Shown here one piece after another: positions 1 to 10,733 of a stretch of DNA of 64,000 bases. Position 1 is the stretch's first letter, and each line of letters begins with the position of its first letter. The position numbers were made by a program, and so were the translations under genes. The notes under the pieces were generated by a model, which was not told the DNA's origin, made no database searches, and saw only the letters and a program-made list of their open reading frames with translations. This stretch comes from an uncultured Alphaproteobacteria bacterium. GTDB taxonomy: Bacteria; Pseudomonadota; Alphaproteobacteria; Rhizobiales; Xanthobacteraceae. The stretch spans positions 43,889-107,888 of the forward strand of contig CAVZGZ010000020.1 of the NCBI GenBank assembly GCA_963774775.1. Reading direction: 5' to 3'.

Positions 1-388
1 GCTTGCGCCAATCGACGACGAGAGCGCTGCGGAGCGGTGCGTTGAGAACAATCTGTAACTCATGGACCGTCATCGCGCGCTCGGCGATCTCTGCCACATC
101 GATGCGCTCGATGGCGCGCCACCGGATCAATCCGAAGGCCTGGATGAAGATGCCATATTGATTGGCGCCGATGGTCGGCCGCCCCGTCTCCAGCAGGGGA
201 ATGTTGTAATAGGTGAAGCCGGCCGCCGCCACGGCGGGCAACAACCAATATATCGCGCCGGTGATCCAGGCGACGGTGAGGAATATCGCTGCCAAGGCAG
301 CGGTGACGTAGACGGGAAAATAGGTGTCGTCACGCGCGTAGGCGACCGAATAGCCACCGGCATTTCGTTCATCCAGCGTTGCGCTCAT
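1..388 (-). CDS. hypothetical membrane protein (partial, runs off window start)
   Basis: Read by hand: ATG at 388, open frame MSATLDERNAGGYSVAYARDDTYFPVYVTAALAAIFLTVAWITGAIYWLLPAVAAAGFTYYNIPLLETGRPTIGANQYGIFIQAFG..., two hydrophobic segments, no stop before the window edge. Confidence 0.7.
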   Translation of the reverse strand, partial: MSATLDERNAGGYSVAYARDDTYFPVYVTAALAAIFLTVAWITGAIYWLLPAVAAAGFTYYNIPLLETGRPTIGANQYGIFIQAFGLIRWRAIERIDVAEIAERAMTVHELQIVLNAPLRSALVVDWRK

Positions 389-425
389 ATGAACCTTATG
401 CCCGGGCCTGCCAGGGAGGCACAAG

Positions 426-665
426 TCAGTGATAGGCGATCATCTGGCTCAACACGGGGGCATGAAGCTGGTTCCCCAACTGGCGGATCTTCCAGCTTGC
501 GTTCGCGCAGTGCCGGCCGGCGTGATTTTCCGGCTCGCCGCAGTCGGTATAGAACCGCCAGCGCACCTGCGGATTCCACTTGCAGCTCTCGACGAAGAAA
601 TTCATCCAGGCCGGCCATCGCCCGAAATAGGGGCAAAGCACTATCGGCCAGGGACCGTGAGACAT
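426..665 (-). pseudogene. N-terminal fragment of a DUF6625-like (glycosyltransferase-associated) protein
   Basis: IVLCPYFGRWPAWMNFFVESCKWNPQVRWRFYTDC resembles the start of that family; the ORF ends after about 80 aa. Confidence 0.5.
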
Positions 666-718
666 CCCCCCACGCCCCGGTTGGCGGCGGCCGGAAGACG
701 GGCCGCAGCGCCGGTGTC

Positions 719-886
719 TTACTTGATCTTGGATTCCTTGAACTCGACGTGCTTGCGCGCGACCGGGTCGTACTTCTTCTTGACCAGCTTGTCGGTCATG
801 GTGCGCGAGTTCTTCTTGGCGACGTAATAGAAGCCGGTATCCGCGGTGGAGACGAGCTTGACCTTGATGGTGACCGCTTTGGCCAT
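719..886 (-). CDS. rpmG: 50S ribosomal protein L33
   Basis: [55 protein letters not shown]. Confidence 0.98.
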   Translation of the reverse strand: MAKAVTIKVKLVSTADTGFYYVAKKNSRTMTDKLVKKKYDPVARKHVEFKESKIK

Positions 887-1010
887 GGTGAGTGCCTCAA
901 AATGTATGGAATCCGGCGCCGGCCAAGCGGCCTGCATTTGGCCGGCAAACTAGCGTCGATCTTCCCAAAGTCAAGGTTTTGGACCCAAAAACCGACCTGA
1001 TTCGAAGCGA

Positions 1011-2337
1011 TTAACCCTCGAAGAACCGGTTTTTCGGCCGGGGCAGGCCCAGATTCTCCCGCAACGTCCGGCCCTCATACTCGGAGCGGAAAATCCCGCG
1101 CTTCTGCAGTTCCGGCACCACCTTGTCGACGAAATCGTCGAGGCCGGCGGGCAGGAACGGGAACATGATGTTGAAGCCGTCGCTGCCACGGCTGGTCAGC
1201 CATTCCTCCATCTGGTCGGCGATTGTCACCGGTGTGCCGACAAAGGACAACCCGCCATAGCCGCCGACGCGCTGGGCGAGCTGGCGCACGGTGAGCTTGT
1301 CGCGGGCGGCGAGATCGACCATGCGCTGACGGCCGCTCTTGGAGGCATTGGTTTCGGGGATCGGCGGCAATTGCCCGTCCGGATCGAAGCCCGACGCATC
1401 GGTGCCGAGGATCACCGAGAGCGAGGCAATGGCCGAGTTCGTAATGCACCATGCTGTCGAGCTTGGCGCGTTTCTCCTTGGCTTCCTCGACGCTGTCGCC
1501 GACGACGACGAATGCACCGGGCAGGATCTTCAGATGCTCGGGGTCGCGGCCGACCTTTTCCATGCGGCCCTTGATGTCGGCATAAAGCTTCTGCCCGTCA
1601 CTCAAGCTGCCGCCGCCGGTGAACACGGCTTCCGCGGTCTCGGCCGCCAACTGCCTGCCGTCGTCGGAGGCGCCGGCCTGCACGATCAACGGCCAGCCCT
1701 GCACCGGGCGGGCGACGTTGAGCGGGCCGCGCACCGAGAGATATTTTCCCTTGTGGTTGAGCACGTGCATTTTGGCCGGATCGAAATAGAGCCCCGATTC
1801 CACGTCGCGCACGAAGGCGTCGTCAGCAAAGGAATCCCAGAGACCGGTCACCACGTCGTAGAACTCGCGTGCCCGCTTGTAGCGCTCGGCGTGCTCCATG
1901 TGATCGTCGAGCCCGAAATTCAGCGCGGCATCGGGATTGGACGTGGTGACGATATTCCAGCCCGCGCGTCCGCCGGAGATATGATCGAGCGAGGCAAAAC
2001 GGCGGGCGACGTGATAGGGCTCGTCAAAGGTGGTCGATCCCGTCGCGATCAGCCCGATATGTTCGGTGGCGCCAGCCAGTGCCGACAGCAGCGTGAACGG
2101 CTCGAACGAGGTCACGGTGTGGCTGCGCTTGAGCGCGTTGACCGGCATGTTCAGCACGGCCAGATGGTCGGCCATGAAGAAGGCGTCGAACTTGCCGGCT
2201 TCCAGTTTCTGGATCAGCTTCCTGATATGCGGAAAATTGAAATTGGCGTCCGGCCACGCGCCGGGGTAGCGCCAGGCGCCGGTGTGAATAGAGACCGGCC
2301 GCATGAACGCGCCGAGCTTGAGTTGCCGCTTTGCCAT
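1011..2337 (-). CDS. LLM-class flavin-dependent monooxygenase (NtaA/DszA/SnaA family); one frameshift near 1440
   Basis: HTGAWRYP, LEAGKFDAFFMADHL, ARRFASLDHISGGRAGWNIVT, QAGAS and C-terminal VVPELQKRGIFRSEYEGRTLRENLGL, spread over two frames. Confidence 0.9.
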
Positions 2338-2446
2338 GGCCCCATTCCGTGGTTGATGTTGGTGGGGGAGAGATAGGGATCGGTAGCGGTTGCGCCATTG
2401 TGCGGAGCGCAGAAGAATTTTTTGTTTTTGCGTCACCTCTCGACAT

Positions 2447-2547
2447 CGTCATTCCGGGGCGGCGCGAAGCGACGAGCCCGGAATCCATAACCACGATCGG
2501 GAGTATGGATTCCGGGCTCGCGCCAAGTGGCGCGCCCCGGAATGACG
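2447..2547. repeat. REP/REPIN-like palindromic element (CGTCATTCCGGG...CCCGGAATGACG family)
   Basis: Terminal inverted repeats with internal GGAATCCATA/TATGGATTCC; related copies at 10014, 14372 and 15820. Confidence 0.85.
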
Positions 2548-2567
2548 ACGGAGGGGATGTGAATGAT

Positions 2568-3305
2568 TTACGCCCCCAGCACGTCCTTCTGCATCTTGCC
2601 GCCGTAGAAATGGAAGAACGGCACCGGCGCGTCGTGTTTCAACGGGCCGGTGGCGAGGCGGCGGTCGAGCTCGGCGAGCACGTTCTTGGTCATCGCATGC
2701 GCATCCGCCAGCGGCTGCGAGCCGATCTCGACCCAGACCAGTTCGACCAGTTCGGCGTCGGCGTGGATCACGCCTTCGACTCGGTGGGCGATGCTCGAGG
2801 CATCCGCGGTGAAGAAGCGCGTATCGAAGCGTCTGATACGGCCGGGCGGGGTGATGGCGCGCGCGATCAGGAACAGGCTGGATGGATCCGGCAACAAACC
2901 GGCCTCGGTAAACGGCTTCCAGGGACCATCCAGTTTCGCAGGTTTTTCGACTTTGCGGCCGAGGCAGAGCCCGGTCTCCTCGCAGGCTTCGCGGATGGCG
3001 GCAACCGCGAGCGCGCGGGCTCGCGAAGGCGCGATCTTCGGACTGCCTTTCAGCAGATTGGCTTCGAGCTCGCTGGTGATCGGCGCAGCAACGGGGATGC
3101 GATTATCAGCCTTGTCGACGCGGCCGCCGGGGAAAACATATTTGCCCGGCATGAACACCACCTTGTCGTGGCGCTTGCCGACCAGCACTTTCGGTTTCGT
3201 CCCCGAGCGATCAATCAGGATCAGCGTCGCGGCGTCCTTGGGGCGGAAGTAGGGATGGTGGTCGGCTTCTTTTCCCTCTTGTGCCGCAGGCGCTACTTCG
3301 GTCAT
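2568..3305 (-). CDS. NUDIX hydrolase
   Basis: PKDAATLIL, VFPGGRVD, AAIREACEETG Nudix box, RRFDTRFF. Confidence 0.9.
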   Translation of the reverse strand: MTEVAPAAQEGKEADHHPYFRPKDAATLILIDRSGTKPKVLVGKRHDKVVFMPGKYVFPGGRVDKADNRIPVAAPITSELEANLLKGSPKIAPSRARALAVAAIREACEETGLCLGRKVEKPAKLDGPWKPFTEAGLLPDPSSLFLIARAITPPGRIRRFDTRFFTADASSIAHRVEGVIHADAELVELVWVEIGSQPLADAHAMTKNVLAELDRRLATGPLKHDAPVPFFHFYGGKMQKDVLGA

Positions 3306-3337
3306 TCCATCCCCTGTTTGTTGTTGTTCTTCCTCGC

Positions 3338-3778
3338 TTACACCGCAGGGACGTCGGGCGCGGCATTTTCATCAAAGCCATGCATGCGCAGCGCCCATTG
3401 GAATCCGACCACGGCGCCTTTCACCGGCTGCAGCAATGCGAGCGATGCAATCAGCGTGAGCGGCAGATAGATCGACAGTTGCAGCCAGACCGGTGGCGAA
3501 TAATCGGTCTCGATCCACAGGATCAAGGGGATCATGATGTGGCCGACGATGACGATGACGAGGTAGGCGGGCAGGTCGTCCGCGCGGTGCGGCGTGTAGT
3601 CGAGCCCGCAAGCCGAGCAGCTATTATCGACCTTCAGGAAGGCGCGAAACAGCTTGCCCTCGCCGCAGCGCGGGCATCGGCCGCGAAAGCCGCGCTTCAT
3701 CGCGGTCCAGAGATCGCGCTTTTCGGCGGATACGGAATTACGGGTCCAGACAGTCGTCGCGGGAGTTACCGTTTCCAT
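3338..3778 (-). CDS. DUF983 family membrane protein
   Basis: RGRCPRCGEGKLF...CSACG..ADDLPAY, two TM helices, KGAVVGFQW. Confidence 0.88.
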   Translation of the reverse strand: METVTPATTVWTRNSVSAEKRDLWTAMKRGFRGRCPRCGEGKLFRAFLKVDNSCSACGLDYTPHRADDLPAYLVIVIVGHIMIPLILWIETDYSPPVWLQLSIYLPLTLIASLALLQPVKGAVVGFQWALRMHGFDENAAPDVPAV

Positions 3779-6103
3779 GACTTGCCCTTCTTCGGTTTGC
3801 CGGCTTTCTGTTTGCCCGGCTTGCGATCCTTCTTGCGCGGGCTGCGGCCCGGATGCGCCTTGGCGCTTCGTTCGGTCGCAACACCCTCGCGCGGCCGATC
3901 GCGTTTTCTGCCGCGCGGGATGACTTTCCCGTCAGATAATAGCTCAAACCGCAGCGCGCCAGCTACCGGAGCTGCTTCTACCAGACGCACGTCGACGACG
4001 TCACCCAGCCGGTGCATGGCACCGCTGCGCGTGCCGACCAGCGCGTGGCGGGTCTCGTCATAGTTGTAATATTCGGTGCCGAGCGTGCGGATCGGGATCA
4101 GCCCGTCGGCGCCGGTGTCGTCGAGCTTGACGAACAGTCCGGCGCGGGTGACGCCGGAAATCCTGCCCCTGAAACGTCGAGCCGATGCGATCGGCGAGGT
4201 AATGCGCGATCAGCCGGTCGGCGGTTTCGCGCTCCGCCTTCATGGCGCGGCGCTCGGTCACCGAAATCTGCGCGGCGATTTCGGCAAGCGTTTCGAAGGT
4301 TTCGTCTTCCGGCAGTGCGCCTTCGCCAAGCCCGAGCGCGCGGATCAGCGCGCGGTGCACGATCAGATCTGCGTATCGCCTGATCGGCGAGGTGAAATGC
4401 GCATAGCGCCTCAAGTTCAGGCCGAAATGGCCGTAGTTTTCGGCGGAATATTCCGCCTGCGCTTGCGAGCGCAACACCACTTCATTCACCAGCGGTTCGT
4501 GATCTTCGCCCGCGACCTGCGCCAGCACGCGGTTGAACAACGCGGGGCGCAATGCGCCGCTTTTGGTGAAGGGCAGGTCGAGCGTCTTCAAAAATTCCTG
4601 GAGGTTGTGCACCTTCTCCTGGCTCGGTTCATCGTGCACCCTGTAGATCAGCGGCAGCCCCTTTTTCTCCAGCGTCTCGGCGGCGGCGACGTTGGCGAGG
4701 ATCATGAACTCCTCGATCAGCCGATGCGCGTCGAGACGCTGGGGCACGACGACGCGATCGACGGTGCCGTCTCCCTTGAGCAGGATCTTTCGCTCGGGCA
4801 GATCGAGGTCGAGCGGATCGCGTTCGTCGCGGGCAAGTTTGACCAGCGCGTAAGCCGTATAGAGCGGCTTGAGGATCGTATCGAGCAGGGGGCCGGTGGT
4901 GTCGTCTGGCCGGCCGTCGATCGCGGCCTGCGCCTGCGCGTAATTGAGTTTTGCCGCCGAGCGCATTAGCACGCGGTGGAAGGTGTGCGAGCGCTTGCGT
5001 CCGTCGTTACCGATCACCATGCGCACCGCGAGCGCGCCGCGCGGTTCGCCCGGCACCAGCGAGCAGAGATCGTTGGAGATGCGCTCCGGCAGCATCGGCA
5101 CCACGCGATCGGGGAAGTACACCGAATTGCCGCGCGTCAGCGCATCGCGGTCGAGCGCCGAGTCCGGCCGCACATAGAACGCGACGTCGGCGATCGCGAC
5201 ATGGACGATATAGCCGCCCTTGTTGTTCGGATCGGGATCAGGCCCGGCATGAACCGCGTCGTCGTGGTCCTTGGCATCGGGCGGATCGATGGTGACGAGC
5301 GGCACGTCGCGCCAGTCCTCGCGGCCCTGCAATGTCGCCGGCTTGGCCGCTTCGGCTTCGCGCAGCGCCGAGGGTGAGAACGCTTGCGGTATCTCGTGGG
5401 CATGGATCGCGATCAGGCTGATCGCTTTTTCAGTGGCCAGCGAGCCGAGCCGCTCCTTGACCTTGGCGGAGCCGAGCCCATAGCCGCGGGTGCGGACCAT
5501 ATCGACGCTGACGAGATCGCCGTCTTTGGCGCCCTCGGCGTCTGCCTTGGCAATGTTCAATTCGCGGCCGGCCTGCTTCTTGTCGACGGGGATCAGCCGT
5601 CCGCCGCCGTCGGGGAGGGCCCGGAAAATTCCGAGCAGGCGCGCCTTGGCCTGATCGACGACCTTGATGACGCGGGCGTGATAGGGGGGAGCCTCGCTCT
5701 CGTCAGTCGTCTCGATGCGCAGCAGCGCACGGTCGCCGACGCCGGCTGCGGTGCCCGGCTGCGGCCGGCGCGGCGTCAGAATGCGTATTTTCGGTGCGGG
5801 GCCGTTCTCTTCAGAGTCCCATTCGGTCGGGACCGCAATCAGTTCGCCATCGGTGTCGCGTCCGGTGATGTCGGCCATCACGGTCGGCGGCAGCGCTTCC
5901 GGCTGCAGGACCTTGCGGCCGCGTTTGGCGATCGTGCCGTCGTCGGCGAGCTCGCGCAAAATGCGCTTCAGTGCGACGCGGTCGGCATTTTTCAGGCCGA
6001 ACTCGCGCGCGATCTCACGCGTGCCGACCTTGCCTGGGTTCGTACGGATGAAGGCGACGATGGCGTCCCGGGACGGAAAGCCATGGTCGTGTTTTCGTTT
6101 CAC
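3766..6103 (-). CDS. rnr: ribonuclease R; frameshift near 4165
   Basis: RNB motifs TIDPPDAKDHDDA, HVAIADV, LIEEFMILAN, YAHFTSPIRRYADL; S1 domain and basic tail continue in another frame to 3766. Confidence 0.95.
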
Positions 6104-8848
6104 TTATCCCCGCGCCTTGCCCGCGCTTTTCTTGGCGGGCGCTTTCGATGTTGCGGCGGGCTTCGCCGCGGAAGTCTTGGCTGCCGTCGCCACCGGCGCA
6201 CGCGCCTTGCTCACGGCTTCCGATTTTGGCTTGGCAGCGGCCTTCTTCACCGCGGCTTTCTTGGCGGGCTTTGCCGCAGCGTCGCCGGCCGCCTTGGCCG
6301 GCTTTGCCGCCTTGGCTTTCTTGCCCTTCGGCTTGCCGCCGCCCTTGGCCGCACGTTCGTCGATCAGCGAGATCGCGTCCGCCAGCGTGATGGTATCCTT
6401 ATCCTTGTCGCTCGGGATCGTGGCGTTGACGCCGCCGGCGGTGACATAGGCGCCGTAGCGGCCGTTCTTCATCGCCACCGCGCCAAGGCTCGGGTGATCG
6501 CCCAAGGGCTTGCCGGGATCGGCGCCAAAGCGGCGTCCGCTCGGGCCCTTTGCCACCTTCTCGGCAATCAGGGTCACGGCGCGGTTGAGGCCGATATCGA
6601 AGACTTCGTCGCCGGATTCGAGTGAGGCATAGGTCTTTTCGTGCTTCACGAACGGACCGAAGCGGCCGATGCCGGCAGTGATCGGCTCGCCGGTTTCCGG
6701 ATGCTTTCCGATTTCGCGCGGCAGCGACAACAGCTTCAGCGCCAATTCCAGTTCCATGTCTGACGGAGACATGTTCTTCGGGATTCCGGCGCGCCTCGGC
6801 TTCTCGCCCTCGGCATAATCCTTCTGCTCGCCGAGCTGGATGTAGGGGCCGAAACGTCCGGCTTTGACGACCACGTCGAGATCGGTTTCGGGATCCTTGC
6901 CGAGGATGCGGTCGGCGCTGGCCTCGCCGTCGGCGGCGAGCGGACGGGTGTGGCGGCATTCCGGATAGTTCGAGCAGCCGACAAAGGCGCCGAACTTGCC
7001 GGCCTTGAGGTTGAGCCGGCCGGTGCCGCAGGTAGGACACTGCCTGACGTCGCCGCCATCCGCGCGCGGCGGATAGATGTGCGGCCCGAGCATGTCGTCG
7101 AGCGCGTCCAGCACCTCGGAGACGCGGAGGTCCTTGATGTCGCTGACCGCGCCGCTGAAGCCAACCCAGAACTCCTTCAACACCTGCTGCCAGGAAATCT
7201 CGTTGTTGGAGACGCGGTCGAGCTGTTCTTCGAGCGCGGCGGTGAAGTCATACTCCACATAGCGCGCGAAGAAGTTTTCGAGGAACGCGACCACGACGCG
7301 GCCCTTGTCCTCGCCGTGCAGCCGCTTCTTCTCCAGCTTGACGTAGCCGCGGTCCTTCAACACCTGCAGGATCGAGGCATAGGTCGAGGGCCGGCCGATA
7401 CCGAGCTCTTCCATCCGCTTCACCAGCGAGGCTTCCGAGAAGCGCGGCGGCGGTTCGGTGAAATGCTGCGTGACGGCAAGCGCCTGGCGCTTCAGCGCTT
7501 CGCCCTGGCTCATGGCGGGCAGGCGGCGCGAATCCTCGTCTTCCTCGTCGTCGCGGCCTTCCTGATAGACCGCGAGGAAGCCATCGAACTTGACGACCTG
7601 GCCCGAGGCGCGCAGTTCCAGCACGCGGGAGCCGGCCTTGGCCGCGATATCGACCGTGGTGCGTTCCAGCTCCGCCAATTCCATCTGGCTCGCGATGGTG
7701 CGCATCCAGATCAACTCATAGAGCCGCGCCTGGTCGTTATCGAGCCGCCGGCGCATGTCGGAGGGACGGCGCGACAGGTCGGTCGGACGGATCGCTTCAT
7801 GCGCTTCCTGCGCATTCTTGGCCTTGGTCTGATACTGGCGCGGCGCATCCGGCACATAGGCGTTGCCGTAATCCTCGCCGATCACCTTGCGCGCCTGCGT
7901 GATCGCCGAGCCGTCGATCTGCACGCCGTCGGTACGCATATAGGTGATGAGACCGGTGGTTTCGCCGCCGATATCGATGCCCTCGTAGAGCCGCTGCGCG
8001 ATCCGCATCGTATGCGCAGGCGCAAAGCCGAGCTTGCGGCTGGCTTCCTGCTGCAGCGTCGAGGTGGTGAAGGGCGCCTGCGGATTGCGGCGCGCGGGCT
8101 TTGCTTCGACGGTCGAGACGGTGAAGTTGGCGGCCTCGATCGCCTTCTTGAAATCCTCGGCTTCGGCGCCGGTTCCGATATCGAGCCGCTGGATCTTCTT
8201 GCCGTCGGCGCCGACCAGGCGCGCCTCGAACGCGTCGCCACGCGGCGTCGTCAGCGTCGCGATCAGCGACCAGTATTCCTTGGCGACGAATTTCTCGATC
8301 TCGAGCTCGCGGTCGCAGACCAGCCGCAGCGCGACCGACTGCACCCGGCCGGCCGAGCGTGCGCCCGGCAATTTGCGCCAGAGCACTGGGGAGAGGGTGA
8401 AGCCGACCAGATAGTCCAGTGCGCGGCGCGCCATATAGGCGTCGACCAGCGCGCCATCGATCTGGCGCGGGGCCTTCATCGCGTCCGTGACCGCCTGCTT
8501 GGTGATGGCGTTGAACACCACGCGCTCGATCTTCTGATCCTTAAGCGCGCGCTTCTCCTTCATCACTTCCAGCACGTGCCAGGAGATCGCCTCGCCCTCG
8601 CGATCAGGGTCGGTTGCGAGGATCAGGCGGTCGGCACCCTTCAAGGCCTTGGCGATATCGTTGAGCCGGCCGGCCGCTTTGGGGTCGACCTCCCAGATCA
8701 TCTGGAAATTGGCCTCGGGATCGACCGATCCGTTCTTGGCGGGGAGGTCGCGAACATGGCCGAATGAGGCCAGAACCTCGTAGGAGGAGCCCAAATATTT
8801 ATTGATCGTCTTGGCCTTTGCAGGCGACTCCACGATGACGAGATTCAT
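6104..8848 (-). CDS. topA: DNA topoisomerase I
   Basis: LVIVESPAKAKTI, ATDPDREGEAI, SAGRVQS, LITYMRTD, GIGRPSTY; Lys/Ala-rich C-terminal tail. Confidence 0.98.
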   Translation of the reverse strand: MNLVIVESPAKAKTINKYLGSSYEVLASFGHVRDLPAKNGSVDPEANFQMIWEVDPKAAGRLNDIAKALKGADRLILATDPDREGEAISWHVLEVMKEKRALKDQKIERVVFNAITKQAVTDAMKAPRQIDGALVDAYMARRALDYLVGFTLSPVLWRKLPGARSAGRVQSVALRLVCDRELEIEKFVAKEYWSLIATLTTPRGDAFEARLVGADGKKIQRLDIGTGAEAEDFKKAIEAANFTVSTVEAKPARRNPQAPFTTSTLQQEASRKLGFAPAHTMRIAQRLYEGIDIGGETTGLITYMRTDGVQIDGSAITQARKVIGEDYGNAYVPDAPRQYQTKAKNAQEAHEAIRPTDLSRRPSDMRRRLDNDQARLYELIWMRTIASQMELAELERTTVDIAAKAGSRVLELRASGQVVKFDGFLAVYQEGRDDEEDEDSRRLPAMSQGEALKRQALAVTQHFTEPPPRFSEASLVKRMEELGIGRPSTYASILQVLKDRGYVKLEKKRLHGEDKGRVVVAFLENFFARYVEYDFTAALEEQLDRVSNNEISWQQVLKEFWVGFSGAVSDIKDLRVSEVLDALDDMLGPHIYPPRADGGDVRQCPTCGTGRLNLKAGKFGAFVGCSNYPECRHTRPLAADGEASADRILGKDPETDLDVVVKAGRFGPYIQLGEQKDYAEGEKPRRAGIPKNMSPSDMELELALKLLSLPREIGKHPETGEPITAGIGRFGPFVKHEKTYASLESGDEVFDIGLNRAVTLIAEKVAKGPSGRRFGADPGKPLGDHPSLGAVAMKNGRYGAYVTAGGVNATIPSDKDKDTITLADAISLIDERAAKGGGKPKGKKAKAAKPAKAAGDAAAKPAKKAAVKKAAAKPKSEAVSKARAPVATAAKTSAAKPAATSKAPAKKSAGKARG

Positions 8849-9063
8849 GTCATTCCAATGGCTTACGGGAAAATCTTCAGGTTGGTTCTGCGAGACTCGC
8901 GAACCACCGTTTCGAGGCGAACATGGGTGTTGAGGGGCCCCCTGTCAAATCGACAGATATTGAAGGGGGGCGCCGAGGTGACGACTTTATATGCAAAAAG
9001 TTGCGAAATGCGTCCTAGAGTTGCGGTCCGGATGAGCGTATTCCTACGCGATACTACGTAAAG

Positions 9064-9333
9064 TTGGATGTAGGTTTTTTGAGCAGGAATGGGGGCGGCC
9101 GGAAGCGCGCAGCTTCGGGCAGGGATCGGAAATCCCGGAACCAGGAGCCAACTGGGGAAGCGAATGGGGAGGGCGGCCCCGATGAGGCCGCGGCCTTCAT
9201 TGCCGAGACCGTTGCCGAACTGGTCAAACTCGCCCGGCGCCACAAGCTCGGAGTTCTCGATCATTTGCTCTCGATGGCGCAACTGGAAGCCGAAGAACGC
9301 GTAAGGCTTCGCAGCAAGCGCAAGCTGTCGTGA
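9064..9333 (+). CDS. small hypothetical protein
   Basis: 89-aa ORF with helical C-terminus AAAFIAETVAELVKLARRHKLGVLDHLLSMAQLEAEE; start codon uncertain. Confidence 0.65.
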   Translation: MDVGFLSRNGGGRKRAASGRDRKSRNQEPTGEANGEGGPDEAAAFIAETVAELVKLARRHKLGVLDHLLSMAQLEAEERVRLRSKRKLS

Positions 9334-9365
9334 GGTGGGGGCGGGGGCTGGCGCTGCTCTCTCAA

Positions 9366-9449
9366 CGTCATTGCGAGGAGCGTAGCGACGAAGCAATCCA
9401 TCTCTCAGCGAGTTGCGAGATGGATTGCTTCGCTTCGCTCGCAATGACG
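9366..9449. repeat. REP-like element (CGTCATTGCGAG...CTCGCAATGACG family)
   Basis: Terminal inverted repeat with internal GAAGCAATCCA/TGGATTGCTTC. Confidence 0.85.
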
Positions 9450-9488
9450 GGGCGAGACTTCCGATACATATCAACCATCAAGCGGATG

Positions 9489-9985
9489 TGACTCCACATT
9501 CTCGCGGCGCTGGAACGCCCGAGCTTTGCGTCGTTTCACCCTCGTAAAGCGCAGAGGGCGCAGGGAAGACCGGGTGCGCGCTGCACCCGCGGTCTCGTGT
9601 GCAAACTGCACAAAAGAAAGCGCACACGAGCATACAGGTTCAGCGGAAACACTCCGGCCTTCCCCGCGCAATGGTTTTACGGCTTATAGCGCGCTCTCCT
9701 CGGTGACCGGCTTTCTTGCCACCGTCGCTTCGCAGGCCTTACCGCAAAGCTTAGCGCCAGCATCGGGGCGCCAGAACCACACGACTTCGCCGTCCGTGTC
9801 GCGCGCGCTCGTCTCTCGCGCACAACCCGGCCACCGCATCTCACCGCAACGTTCGTGACGATCGCGACCCGCCCCTCATTCGGGTGAGATGCGCGGAGTT
9901 GTAGCGCTGATTTGCCCGACGCTTTAAGCGATATATTTTTCGCGCGAGGGCTGGACGGTTTTTAGGTGATTTGCCCGTCGGGCAT
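9489..9985. mobile_element. about 500-bp non-coding dispersed repeat / putative MITE of bradyrhizobia
   Basis: No credible ORF, many hairpins, GATTTGCCCG(A/T)C motifs at about 9909 and 9968; recalled as a multi-copy intergenic sequence, but only one copy lies in this window; boundaries approximate. Confidence 0.55.
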
Positions 9986-10013
9986 GATTTTCTTGCGCGT
10001 CGTCAATTCTCTC

Positions 10014-10133
10014 CGTCATTCCGGGGCGCGCAGAGCGCGAGCTACGATGTGCAATTGCACATCTGAAATCCATACTCACGATCGTGGTTATGGATTCCGG
10101 GCCCGCGCCAAGGGGGCGCGTCCCGGAATGACG
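10014..10133. repeat. REP/REPIN-like element containing the perfect palindrome GATGTGCAATTGCACATC
   Basis: CGTCATTCCGGG...CCCGGAATGACG termini; palindrome at 10046-10063. Confidence 0.85.
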
Positions 10134-10143
10134 GTGCGCGGTA

Positions 10144-10620
10144 CTACGCCGAAGCGCGTCCAGCGCGCTTCGCCGACGTGCGCGGCTTCAGCGTCGTATC
10201 CGCCGCACCAAGCAGCCGTCCGTCCTGCGAGTGGAGCGCGAGCTTGCGCACCGGCTTGCCCTGCTCGCGATCGACCAGGATGGTCGCGATCTCCTCGGGC
10301 CGTTCGTCGAACTCCTCGCTCCATTGCCGGAGCGCAACCAGGATCGGAAAAATGCCGCGGCCCTTCGGCGTCAGCAGGTATTCCTGATAGGCGCTGCCGT
10401 CGGAGGCCGGCGCCGTCTTCAGGATGCCCTGATCGACCAGCGTGCGCAGCCGCACGGTGAGGATGTTCTTCGCCAGTCCGAGATCTTTCTGGAACTCGCC
10501 GAAACGGCGGCGCCCCGCTAGCGCGTCGCGGATGATCAGAAGCGACCACCAGTCGCCGATCACGTCCAGCGATCGTGCGATCGGGCACTGGTCGCCCTCG
10601 AAACTCGTTCGCTTTACCAT
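10144..10620 (-). CDS. HxlR-family winged-helix transcriptional regulator
   Basis: CPIARSLDVIGDWWSLLIIRDA..RRFGEFQ..LGLAKNILTVRL..EYLLTPKG. Confidence 0.92.
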   Translation of the reverse strand: MVKRTSFEGDQCPIARSLDVIGDWWSLLIIRDALAGRRRFGEFQKDLGLAKNILTVRLRTLVDQGILKTAPASDGSAYQEYLLTPKGRGIFPILVALRQWSEEFDERPEEIATILVDREQGKPVRKLALHSQDGRLLGAADTTLKPRTSAKRAGRASA

Positions 10621-10659
10621 GGCGGTACCCTGCTGGAGGTCGGATCACGGCCTTGTGCA

Positions 10660-10713
10660 GTTGCATTATAAAACCAGATGCCGTAGCTAGGCAATATAGT
10701 TTAATAATGCAAC
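10660..10713. promoter_or_regulatory. pair of inverted operator-like boxes between the HxlR gene and the SDR gene
   Basis: GTTGCATTATAAAAC (10660-10674) and GTTTAATAATGCAAC (10699-10713) are near-perfect reverse complements. Confidence 0.6.
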
Positions 10714-10733
10714 CAGTATGGACGGAGGCAACC

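Noticed and set aside
6104-6350. Histone-like Lys/Ala-rich tail of TopA as a novelty
   Set aside because: Basic low-complexity C-terminal tails are a known feature of alphaproteobacterial TopA.
6950-8767. Long antisense ORFs (605 aa here; also 34549-36393, 56998-58761 and others)
   Set aside because: Shadow ORFs opposite well-supported genes, expected from high-GC codon bias.
9471-9858. Short ORFs inside the 500-bp repeat
   Set aside because: No family motif or convincing RBS; best explained as chance ORFs in a non-coding repeat.
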